From Thermodesulfobacteriota bacterium (lineage in GTDB: Bacteria > Desulfobacterota_D > UBA1144 > Nemesobacterales > JAJCZQ01), in contig OZ244044.1 of the NCBI GenBank assembly GCA_965215275.1, forward strand, positions 736,001 through 800,000: DNA of 64,000 nucleotides. The letters are read 5' to 3'. How positions within the stretch are numbered: position 1 is the stretch's first letter; each line of letters starts with the position of its first letter. The notes beneath the pieces are model-generated. The model was not told the DNA's origin. It saw only the letters and a list, made by a program, of their open reading frames with translations, and ran no database searches. Shown here piece by piece: positions 48,996 to 58,671 of this stretch. A program made the translations under genes and the position numbers.

Positions 48996-50024
48996 ATGGA
49001 ATTTTACGTACTGGGGATAGAATCATCGTGTGACGAAACGGCAGCCGCTGTTGTAAAGAACGGCAGGGATATAGTTTCAAACGTGGTCGCTTCACAGGAA
49101 TCGGTTCATACAAAGTACGGTGGGGTGGTCCCGGAGGTAGCATCCAGAATGCACCTTGAGTCAATTCTGCCAGTTGTTGACAGTGCACTGAACGAAGCAA
49201 AGCTAAGTTTTACCGACCTTGGCGGAATAGCCGTTACGCAAGGTCCTGGGCTCATCGGTTCGCTTCTTGTCGGACTTGCCGCTGCAAAAACGCTTGCATT
49301 TGCACGTGATAAACCCCTGATCGGAGTAAATCACCTTGAAGCTCACATATCGGCAGTTCATCTGGAAAATAAGGTCGATTTCCCATTTACGGCACTGATA
49401 GCGTCAGGGGGACACACGAACCTGTTTTATGTTAACGGCTATACGGACTTTGAACCGATCAGCAGAACAAGGGACGATGCCGCAGGAGAGGCTTTTGATA
49501 AAGCCGCCAAACTAATGGGACTGGGCTATCCCGGTGGAGTGATAATCGATAAGATGGCTGCACTTGGCGACCCTGAAAGATACAAGTTCCCGATCCCTCT
49601 GAACAAAAAAGACTCCTTTGACTTCAGCTTCAGCGGGATCAAGACCTCTTTATCCAACTTTATAAAAAAGAACGATATTAAAAGCGAGAACGACCTCAGG
49701 GACGTCTGTGCGGGATATCAGGAAGCAATAGTAAAAAGCCTGACAGGCAAGACGTTTAAAGCCGCGGAAAAGTATAAAACAGATAAAATAGTTATCTGCG
49801 GCGGTGTGGCATGTAACTCAAGACTGAGATACCTGGCAGATGAATCAGGTAAGAAACTCGGAATTGAAGTCCTTTACCCTTCCCTGCCCTTATGCACCGA
49901 TAACGCCTCAATGATAGCGTCAATGGGATACTTCAGACTTACAGAGGGTGAATCGTCCAGCCTGCGTATTTCTCCCTACTCCACTTCCAGACCGAAAATA
50001 ATCCGCGGACAAGCGAGTTTCTGA
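48996..50024 (+). CDS. tsaD: tRNA N6-adenosine threonylcarbamoyltransferase
   Basis: GIESSCDET, HLEAH, SGGHT, DNASMI. Confidence 0.97.
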   Translation: MEFYVLGIESSCDETAAAVVKNGRDIVSNVVASQESVHTKYGGVVPEVASRMHLESILPVVDSALNEAKLSFTDLGGIAVTQGPGLIGSLLVGLAAAKTLAFARDKPLIGVNHLEAHISAVHLENKVDFPFTALIASGGHTNLFYVNGYTDFEPISRTRDDAAGEAFDKAAKLMGLGYPGGVIIDKMAALGDPERYKFPIPLNKKDSFDFSFSGIKTSLSNFIKKNDIKSENDLRDVCAGYQEAIVKSLTGKTFKAAEKYKTDKIVICGGVACNSRLRYLADESGKKLGIEVLYPSLPLCTDNASMIASMGYFRLTEGESSSLRISPYSTSRPKIIRGQASF

Positions 50025-50031
50025 CCGGCTT

Positions 50032-50349
50032 TCAATCGTTATAATCGACCACCCTTCTCTCGGTCCTTATCTGCGAAACAAGTTCTGCTACCTTAACGTG
50101 ATCGGGATGCTTCTGATAGATCTCCAGGTCTTCCTTCGTATCGAAAGATGAATAAAGGACCACGTCGCAGGCTGCTTCTGACCCGCTGAAGTTGATCCCG
50201 ACCTCCATCGTTCTTATCTGACCGATCTTTCCCTTGAGACCTTCAAGTGCTTCCTTTAACTTTAACGATAATTCGCTCTTATTCAGCCCATCATGACCGT
50301 CCTTTATCTTCCACATAACAACGTGCTTGACCATCTCTGAAACCTCCAA
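50032..50349 (-). CDS. Dabb family stress-responsive A/B barrel protein
   Basis: VKHVVMWK...YQKHPDH...VDY. Confidence 0.9.
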   Translation of the reverse strand: MEVSEMVKHVVMWKIKDGHDGLNKSELSLKLKEALEGLKGKIGQIRTMEVGINFSGSEAACDVVLYSSFDTKEDLEIYQKHPDHVKVAELVSQIRTERRVVDYND

Positions 50350-50487
50350 GTTTATTTTTTCATTTATATTACCTACGGCGAAAGGTGGTGCAACGCAGCA
50401 GGGTTTTTCTTTCCGGCACTGAACGTTTTTGCTCTCACTTAAATGCCGCGTGCCAGTGGTACGAAAACACAGAACAGGAACAGATCA

Positions 50488-50838
50488 TCAGGACGTGATC
50501 AAAGTCCACATCTTTCTTTCCGTCTTCATTCCCCAGCTGGGTATCAGCAGAACGAATTCATCCACGCTCAAACCCGTCCGCACCGGGCTGAAAACGATCT
50601 TTCTTCGGCTCATATACCTTACCTCAACGTCCCCTTTTTCAATTAATGACAGATGTCCACCTGGTTCTCGCTGGTCCTGACCCTCTTCACTTGACATCTC
50701 TATTGCCAGTCTTTTAAGGTTCTTTCTTACTGAATTGGAGTTCGGTATGACCCAGTTCATTACCTTCCCCGAGATCTTCAGGGTTAACTCCAAGTGCGGC
50801 TTGCCGGACTGACACCGGTAAAGACTGAAGCTATCCAT
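50488..50838 (-). CDS. Degenerate LigD 3'-phosphoesterase-domain-like protein
   Basis: HLELTL...NWVIP...KRLAIE...W pattern resembles the PE domain; overlaps coaX stop. Confidence 0.45.
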   Translation of the reverse strand: MDSFSLYRCQSGKPHLELTLKISGKVMNWVIPNSNSVRKNLKRLAIEMSSEEGQDQREPGGHLSLIEKGDVEVRYMSRRKIVFSPVRTGLSVDEFVLLIPSWGMKTERKMWTLITS

Positions 50839-51595
50839 TTATCTTGTACAAATACAGGAGGCCTTTCAGGGTGAGGTCATTATCCACCTCTTCTATCCTT
50901 TCCGACTCTTGCGCGATCAGACCTGCAAGTCCCCCCGTGGCAATGACTTTTGGCTTATCACCTAAACTCCTGCTTATCTTGTCTATCAAGCCGTCAACTA
51001 ACGCAGCATAGCCATAAACTATGCCGGACTGAATGCTCTCAACCGTATTTCTTCCAATAAGGTTTGCGGGTTTTATAAATTCGACCCTGGGAAGTTTGGA
51101 CGCTCTATGAAAAAGCGCGTCCGAAGATATAGTTATTCCCGGTGAGATAACACCTCCAAGATATTCACCTTTTTCCGATACGCAGTCAAAGGTCGTGGCA
51201 GTTCCGAAGTCAACTATTATCAAGCTCTTTTTATACTCCTGAAACGCTGCAACCGAATTGGCGATCCTGTCCGCTCCCACCTCGTCAGGATTATCGTACA
51301 AGATATTCAGTCCCGTTCTTATATCATTACCGACCATCAGAGGCTGCATATTAAAATACCTTCTGACCGTCTCTATAAAAACGTCATAAAGCTGAGGAAC
51401 CACACAGGAAATAATAGATGCGCTCAGGCTGTCTGCCTTAATACCGTTCTTTTCTATCAGATCTGATAAAAGAACGGCGTATTCATCTGCGGTTTTGTTC
51501 TTATCCGTACTTATCCTGAACGTTAACAGCGGAACTTCGTCCTTATAAATTCCCGCAACTATATTTGTATTACCAACGTCTATGGCCAACAGCAT
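50831..51595 (-). CDS. coaX: Type III pantothenate kinase
   Basis: IDVGNTN, GADR, DFGTATT, ATGG. Confidence 0.96.
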   Translation of the reverse strand: MLLAIDVGNTNIVAGIYKDEVPLLTFRISTDKNKTADEYAVLLSDLIEKNGIKADSLSASIISCVVPQLYDVFIETVRRYFNMQPLMVGNDIRTGLNILYDNPDEVGADRIANSVAAFQEYKKSLIIVDFGTATTFDCVSEKGEYLGGVISPGITISSDALFHRASKLPRVEFIKPANLIGRNTVESIQSGIVYGYAALVDGLIDKISRSLGDKPKVIATGGLAGLIAQESERIEEVDNDLTLKGLLYLYKING

Positions 51596-51774
51596 GGACT
51601 TTTATTATTCTCTATTTTTACCATAAATTAAAGAACGGTCTTTAAAAAGCTGCGAATTTCCTGTCATTCTTTTTCCCGTAAAACTTTAATGATAATTGGA
51701 CTGTTCCCTTACTCTCAAACAGGAATCAAAAATACAACTACAGATTTTTTCAGTATGAGATATCATTCATCCAC

Positions 51775-51804
51775 TTGACATTCGTTCATAATACCTGGTA
51801 AAAT
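51775..51804 (+). promoter_or_regulatory. Sigma70-type promoter for S8 paralogue 2
   Basis: TTGACA-18 bp-TAAAAT with extended TG; homologous sequence precedes paralogue 1 (~17800-17860). Confidence 0.5.
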
Positions 51805-51909
51805 AAAAGAGTTATGAAAAATCCAAATATAAAAAATGTAGTTCCATTACCCCACCCCCCCCCGTGTATACCTGAACTTTCAGTTATATATAAGTATTTT
51901 GTAAGAACA

Positions 51910-54571
51910 ATGTTTAAGATAATACCCCCCCCCATCTAAGTCATTACTAACTTTAGTCTTTATTCTTCTGTTTATACTGGTAATAGCTGCAAAAGGGCAG
52001 AGCAGCCTGGAAGAAACATTATCTGAATGCAGAGATATCAGTGCAGGAACGGAAGATCCGTTATACGGATGTCAGTGGCATCTGAAGAACACAGGACAGT
52101 TAATTTATTCAGGTAAGAGAATAACATCAGGAGAAGATATAAACATAGAGGGAGTGTGGAACGAAGACGTATACGGTGCCGGAATTAACGTAGCAGTAGT
52201 AAGTGACGGCATAGACCTTTCACACGAGGACCTTTCTGCTAACGTCCGTTCCGGACCGAACTATGATCTTTCTGAAAGAAACAATTCAGAAGAGAACAGT
52301 TCAGAAAAAGATAATTCAGAAAGAGATGATCTTTCAGACGGTTCATCCTTTACCGGAACACGAGCGGCAGGAGTAACAGCAGCAACTGGATATAACGGAC
52401 TGGGAGTAAGAGGAACAGCACCTGGTGCGAGTATATACAGTTACAGGTTATCCGGTGATCTCAGTGAAGCGGACGCGGTGGTCCGTAATAAGGAAATAAC
52501 GGCAGTATCGGTTAACGGCCGGGGATCTGAGGACGGAGCTTTTTTTCAGGAGGCTTTATCTTCCTGGGAAGAAGGAGTGGAACTTGGTATAAGTAAAGGG
52601 TTTTATGGTAAAGGAGTGTTTTACGTCCGGGGAGCAGGGGACGGGCATGAGAATAACGATCAGGCTAATTTTTCTGAATATTCTAATTACTACGGCGTAA
52701 CTGCCGTGTGTTCAACAGACGGCTTTGGAAAAAAGAGTATATTTTCAGAAGAGGGAGTAAATCTATGGGTATGTGCACCTGGTTCTGATATTGTAACTAC
52801 TGATAACAATAACGATTACGTTGTAACATCCGGAACTGTCCTATCAGCTTCACAGGCTGGAGGAGTGGCAGCACTGCTGAGAGAGGTGAATGGAAATCTG
52901 AGCTGGAGGGATATAAAGCTTATACTTGCGGGTTCAGCACGGCAGAACGACGTTTCTGACCTTATCTGGGAGACTGGAGCATTTAAATACGGCTCTGACG
53001 TGGAAAGATATAAATATAATCCTAAGTATGGTTTTGGAGTGGTAGACGCGGAAGCAGCGGCAGAGCTTGCAGAAAGCTGGAAAGGCGTTGGTGAGATGAG
53101 GACCGTTACAGCCTTTTCAGATAATGAGATAACAATTCCTTATGGAGAAGGGAATGGAGAAGGAGAGGCAGACGGGGTCGCTGTCTCAGGACTTATTATC
53201 CCTGACCTTGAAGAAACAACGTTTACGGAGTTCGTTGAAGTTGAACTTGTTCTCTCGTGTGACTGCTTACAGGACCTCAATATAAATATAACCTCTCCTT
53301 CCGGGACAGTATCTGAACTTGTGCGGGAGGTTGTAAGTGGACCTTCGGATGAAAAAGAAAAGAACTGCGTCAGTTACCTGAGAAGAACACATCGTTTCGG
53401 GTCGGCAAGACACCTCGGAGAAGACCCTTCCGGAGAATGGATCCTTCATATAACTGATACTGCTTATGGAGATGAAGAAAATGAAGAAAACACCGTTACC
53501 CTGCACTCATGGAGCGTTAAGGTGTATGGACATTTTTATCAGGGATCTGGCAGTGAGATCACTCCTAAAGCTTTAACCTTCGGCGGTGCGACGATCCCAA
53601 CCCAGAATTATTTTGTAGGAGAAGCAATAACACCAGTAATGCTGCCTGAGGCAACCGGGGCAAGCGACATAACATACAGTTTTAATCCTGCTTTAGCAAG
53701 AGGATTGGAATTTGATCAGGATACCCGAACTATAAGCGGAACACCAGCTATTACTCATGTGTCAGGTCGTTTGTATTCATATGTTGCAAGAGGTGGCGGA
53801 CGGATTGTAACTATACCTTTTACTATTAGAATTAGCCCTCGACGAGTGCCGACCTTCGGCAGTGAGACCATAGATAATAAAGTGTATATAAACGGCATTA
53901 CAGCAGTAAATGAAACACTGCCTGAAGCAACGGGAGGGAATGCTCCATTAACTTACAGTTTAAGCGGTACTTTACCTATTGGAGTAATTTTTACCGCAAA
54001 CACCAGAGAGTTAAGTGGAACACCCAATGTTGATAATAATCTAAGTATACTTCCTTTAACTTTGTCTTACACATATAAAGTAACAGACAATGATGGAGAT
54101 ACAGAAGAGATAACGTTCAGTATCACTACAGAAGAAGACAGCGACCCGGACTTCAGCGGTGTGACAATACCTGCTCAGGTGTACAGGGGGAGAACAATAA
54201 GTCTGCCTGAAGCAACGGGAGGGAATGCACCGTTAAGATACAGTATAGATCCTCGTTTACCGACGGGAATGAGATTGAACGAAGACACAGGGGTAATAAG
54301 CGGGACGCCCGCGAGTGCGTCGTCTGAGAGGACCTACACGTACACGGTAACGGACAGGAATGGAGGTACGGACGAGTTGACTTTCATGCTCAGTGTAGCG
54401 GCACCTCCACCGACATCAACGGGCAGTGGTTCAGGCGGAGGTGGAGGAGGATGTGCGATATCAGATCAGAGCAGCACTGCTTCTGATATTCTCGGAGTAA
54501 TGATATGTCTGATGCTCATACCTGTGTCAGTAGTGATTAGAAGGAAGAGAAGAGATCAGGTAAAGAATTAG
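51910..54571 (+). pseudogene. Kexin-like S8 homologue 2 (catalytically dead), signal peptide out of frame at a C9 tract
   Basis: ATG 51910 hits TAA 51937; removing one C gives signal peptide plus DPLYGCQWHL in frame with 52154..54571; D->S, H->T, S->V. Confidence 0.8.
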
Positions 54572-54821
54572 CAATGAGATTATTTTCCAAAACACTGAAC
54601 GAATTAAAATCTCTCAGCCAGAATAAAGGAATAATAGTGGAAAGACTAAATATAGATCTATCGGCAAATGGGTACCTTGATGGTATTGATGCTTGTTTTT
54701 TTAATCTCGGACAATACAGTATATAATGCCCAAAGAAAAACATCTAGAAAGTAAATTAAATTACCTTATTCTTGTCTTTCTAATTGAAACAATAGTCACA
54801 ACTTATAACTTTAATCTCAGG

Positions 54822-56168
54822 TTAAACACATATGTCGGATAAAGTATCAACATGGGGCAACTGGTTATTGTCTGTGAAACTCTGAAGATGTATAACTTCT
54901 GTTTTTTGTTTTTGTAGTTTTATTTGTTTGACAATATTACTGACTACTCTTGTATTTACAGCATTGCCTAATGCTCCAAAGGCAAAAGATTCCATGTCGG
55001 GCAGGCTGATATCCTTAAATCCTTGTAATTCTTGAGCTTCCCTTAGGCTTAAATAACGCTTCTCCCAGGAAATAATCGGCGTTTGAGTTCTTGTTAAAAC
55101 TAAAGAAGGAATTGACGCACGACTTTTTACACGAATGCCAGACGACCTAAACTGTAGTAAGTATTTAAAAATATCTCTTTCTCCATCACCAGCGTTCCAT
55201 TCCAATTTCTGCCAACTATTAGGATAAATCCTTACTTCATTTATTATAGATTTAATATATGTTTTGTTCTTCTGCCAAAAATCTCTATTTTTTTGAATAT
55301 ATTTAATTTTCCATTTTGGAAATTCTTTTTGTTTATATGTAGCGTAAACAGGTAGTTTTTCCAACTGCACTTTTTTTGGAAGTCCTTTTAAACTTCGACC
55401 AAATGCTCCCTTGTAATTTGATAATTCTTCTTGAGTCATATAAAAAGGACATTTACCATCTATAGGATAGTTGGCTCCAAACTCCATTGACCATACTGGA
55501 AATTTAGGTAAGGGTTTGTTTTTAGGCAAACATGCTATAAACCTTTGCCAGAAACTTAGACATTTTAACTGCTGATTAGAAAGTTTTTTGGCGTTTGTAG
55601 GATTGTTTTTTAAAAAATTTTTTATGTCATCAATTTCTTTTTCTTCTTGTTTAAAATCAAACATAACACTTCTTTCTTTTTTATGTGTTCCTACAATAAA
55701 CACCCTATTCCTATTATTAGGTATACCGAAGTGATGTGGGGAGAGAATAAAATCTTTCACTATATAGTGACAATCTTCTAACAAGTTCTGGATGATTTCC
55801 CATGTCTTTCCATGGTCATGTGATTTAAGATTTGGAACATTCTCCAGAATGAAGTATTCGGGTTGGTGATATTTTAGAACTCTTATAATCTCATAAATCA
55901 TTTCACCCGACTTAACATCACTAAACCCCTTTTGGTTTCCAGCTTTAGAAAAAGGTTGGCATGGAAATCCTGCACACAGTATATTATGTTCTGGGATTTT
56001 GGTTTCATGTATTTGAGTAATATCTCCATGACATTGCATCCCAAAGTTTTTCTTGTATAAGGATCTGAGTTTAGTATCAATCTCTGAAGCAAAAACACAT
56101 TCTAGTCCTTCATCTTTTAAAGCAATATGAAAACCTCCTAACCCTGCAAAAAGATCTATAAATTTCAT
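54822..56168 (-). CDS. DNA (cytosine-5)-methyltransferase
   Basis: DLFAGLGG, GFPCQPFS, ENV, LGNAV. Confidence 0.95.
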   Translation of the reverse strand: MKFIDLFAGLGGFHIALKDEGLECVFASEIDTKLRSLYKKNFGMQCHGDITQIHETKIPEHNILCAGFPCQPFSKAGNQKGFSDVKSGEMIYEIIRVLKYHQPEYFILENVPNLKSHDHGKTWEIIQNLLEDCHYIVKDFILSPHHFGIPNNRNRVFIVGTHKKERSVMFDFKQEEKEIDDIKNFLKNNPTNAKKLSNQQLKCLSFWQRFIACLPKNKPLPKFPVWSMEFGANYPIDGKCPFYMTQEELSNYKGAFGRSLKGLPKKVQLEKLPVYATYKQKEFPKWKIKYIQKNRDFWQKNKTYIKSIINEVRIYPNSWQKLEWNAGDGERDIFKYLLQFRSSGIRVKSRASIPSLVLTRTQTPIISWEKRYLSLREAQELQGFKDISLPDMESFAFGALGNAVNTRVVSNIVKQIKLQKQKTEVIHLQSFTDNNQLPHVDTLSDICV

Positions 56169-56986
56169 ACTTGGATTCTATCTTCAAGTTTAAGTTTTTT
56201 TATATCTGAACGAATAGATTCGATTTCTTTATTATTAGAATTGGCTAAAAGCCTAATCAGTCTAACGCGGTCCAGAATAAATCCTTTCTCACTCGATTCA
56301 CCAAGAGTTTCCTGGCTATTGTCCACAAGTAAATCTGCTATAGCAAAAACCTTTATCGGTTGTGCTCCAAACTCAATAAGGTTTTTCCACATATCAATAT
56401 TAACAGGAAAACCCTTTTTCCATTTTTGACCTGATTTACATTCTACCAAGAGAATAATTTTGCCTCCTACTTGATCCAAGGGTTTCCATACAATTATATC
56501 AGATCTTATATTGTCAGAATGTCGAAAAGTTTTATTAGCATCATGTCGAGGTTTTTCATGAAGTTCTTCATTGCAAAACCTTTCAAAATCACACGACTTT
56601 TTGAGAATATCAATAAATTTATATTTGGTATTGTCCCCTAAATAACTCTTAATCGCCTCAGCGGTTATCTTTTCAAAATATTCTGATATATGATAACCAT
56701 CGTTTATTAGTATAGCAGAAATACAAAGCAAATATTCTTCCCTAGCTCTAAATTTTTTATCAAATTCTATCAATTCAGAATCTTCATCATAACAGAATAC
56801 GGCTTCCCCGTATAACCCAACTAAATCTTTACACCTGTTAAACTTATCATTTAGTTCATTCTCAACATTACAACCTTCAATATCATAATCTTCGTTGGTA
56901 TTTTCTTCAATTTCACTCCGTAATTTATGTTTAGACACTGAATTACGCAAAAGTAAATATTTTTCCACATCTATTAAGTCACTCAT
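56165..56986 (-). CDS. Hypothetical protein with PD-(D/E)XK-like motif
   Basis: SDIIVWKP...LVECKSG; overlaps both neighbours. Confidence 0.65.
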   Translation of the reverse strand: MSDLIDVEKYLLLRNSVSKHKLRSEIEENTNEDYDIEGCNVENELNDKFNRCKDLVGLYGEAVFCYDEDSELIEFDKKFRAREEYLLCISAILINDGYHISEYFEKITAEAIKSYLGDNTKYKFIDILKKSCDFERFCNEELHEKPRHDANKTFRHSDNIRSDIIVWKPLDQVGGKIILLVECKSGQKWKKGFPVNIDMWKNLIEFGAQPIKVFAIADLLVDNSQETLGESSEKGFILDRVRLIRLLANSNNKEIESIRSDIKKLKLEDRIQV

Positions 56987-58097
56987 TACTAAACTTCTTA
57001 TTGATATCCTCTGTAATATATAGAATTGACTCTATATTTTTCTTTAACTCTGTCCCGACATCGTGGAATAAAACGTTTTCTATTTTCATTCCAGATAACT
57101 TGCCGTTGATTTTTTCCAAATTATCTCGTGCTGATTTAGAATACTTTGCCAAGGCATGAAATTCGCCTCCAATCATATCGAATGAACTATTTATGTTTTC
57201 ACCTTGTTCTAGATCTGCTGTAGCTTCAGCATCTGCAAATATAAGGTTTAATTTGTTTGTTATATCTCTTGATTCTTTTATTAACGAGTTTCCATATTTT
57301 TTAGAATCAAACAAACATCGGAACAAGAATTTCAACTTCTCTTTTTTATCGGTTGGTATTGGGTCGTCCCAATCTTTTATATCTTTCCAAGCAGGCAATC
57401 CAATATAATCTTTTATTGGTCCTTGCCCAGTAGCCAATTGCAAAAATGAAAAATTACTTTTAGCATCTTTAGTGTCAAGACTCTCATCGTACTCTTCAAT
57501 TATCTCTATCAGACGATAGCAAGCATATGTCTTTTTTGATGAATTTTTCCTATCCCCGATTATTTTTTGAATATCTTCAAGGGTATAGCCTTTATCCCTT
57601 TTAAGTTGAACAATGTATCTAGCTCTCTCATAAACATCCCATTTCCTAACCCCAGCTAAGTGATGGACTCCCAAAAAACGCAAAACTTCATCTCTGCTTG
57701 GATAAAACAAAACCGGCAAATCAGTAAATTCACTTATAAGGTTAGGCGAGGCAGGTATGCCGGGAAATTCATTGTTCTTTAGTCCAATTATTGTAGCGAG
57801 CCTTCTGTTACCTTCCGCTACAATAAACTTATTTGTTTGATCTTCGTGATAGTTTTCATAGTCTTGTTTGGTTTTAATATCTCCTTTTTCGGGAATTACC
57901 ACTAAAGGTTCTGCTTCAAAATACCCATTTTCTACCATAGAAAACGCTAACTCTTCCAAGTCATAAGCCTTCTTCATATGATTTTGTATTTGTTTCTGCT
58001 CTCCTTTTGCAATACTCTCAGGCAGTCTTGGATTTTTACTATCCAAAATTAGTCTGTCTGAATTCACTCTAATAATTCTAGGTTTTATTTTTCCCAT
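56979..58097 (-). CDS. ParB/Srx N-terminal domain protein
   Basis: LDSKNPRL, EPLVV, VAEGNRRLA. Confidence 0.75.
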   Translation of the reverse strand: MGKIKPRIIRVNSDRLILDSKNPRLPESIAKGEQKQIQNHMKKAYDLEELAFSMVENGYFEAEPLVVIPEKGDIKTKQDYENYHEDQTNKFIVAEGNRRLATIIGLKNNEFPGIPASPNLISEFTDLPVLFYPSRDEVLRFLGVHHLAGVRKWDVYERARYIVQLKRDKGYTLEDIQKIIGDRKNSSKKTYACYRLIEIIEEYDESLDTKDAKSNFSFLQLATGQGPIKDYIGLPAWKDIKDWDDPIPTDKKEKLKFLFRCLFDSKKYGNSLIKESRDITNKLNLIFADAEATADLEQGENINSSFDMIGGEFHALAKYSKSARDNLEKINGKLSGMKIENVLFHDVGTELKKNIESILYITEDINKKFSNE

Positions 58098-58416
58098 GAT
58101 ATTTTTAGAAAATTATATAGATAATATGACAAAAGTATAAAGATCTTTCCATTTTCTTTATACGTTCTGAAAATATGTAAAAATTTTTGCGATTTTTTTA
58201 CATATTAACTCTTCATTGCTTTACTAAATATGATAATTTAAGTACTATATTCTTCTGTTTTTTTACTCCTTTCTATTTTACCATAAAAGTCTTGGAAACC
58301 CTGTGAATTCTTGTTTTATGATTATTTCATCTTCTTCATCTCTGGCTTTTAACACTCTTGTGTTGGCATAATTGATATAGTCCCACTCCTTGTATTATAA
58401 TTCCTAAACAGCCAAA

Positions 58417-58545
58417 GGAAATAATATATTTTAGCACCAAAGCACTAACTACACTGTTTTACGAGCAGGTATCCTCTGTCCCTGAAACCTTTTGAGTTAA
58501 AACATTCCCAGTTCGTATCGGGAGACTCTCGTTTTTCTCACAGGT
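58417..58545 (-). ncRNA. Orphan omegaRNA-like sequence without tnpB
   Basis: Collinear with 36121-36230 and 1-58 (atcgggagactctcgt identical to 43-58). Confidence 0.6.
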
Positions 58546-58671
58546 TTTCTGTCAATAAGGGTGTATATTTTTTTCCATTGAAGACACAAACTGCAGATAC
58601 AATGTCATCATTTGACAGATATGCTGACGGAAAATTTCAGTCCGTTCAATGCCTTCGAAATATAGACTGCA

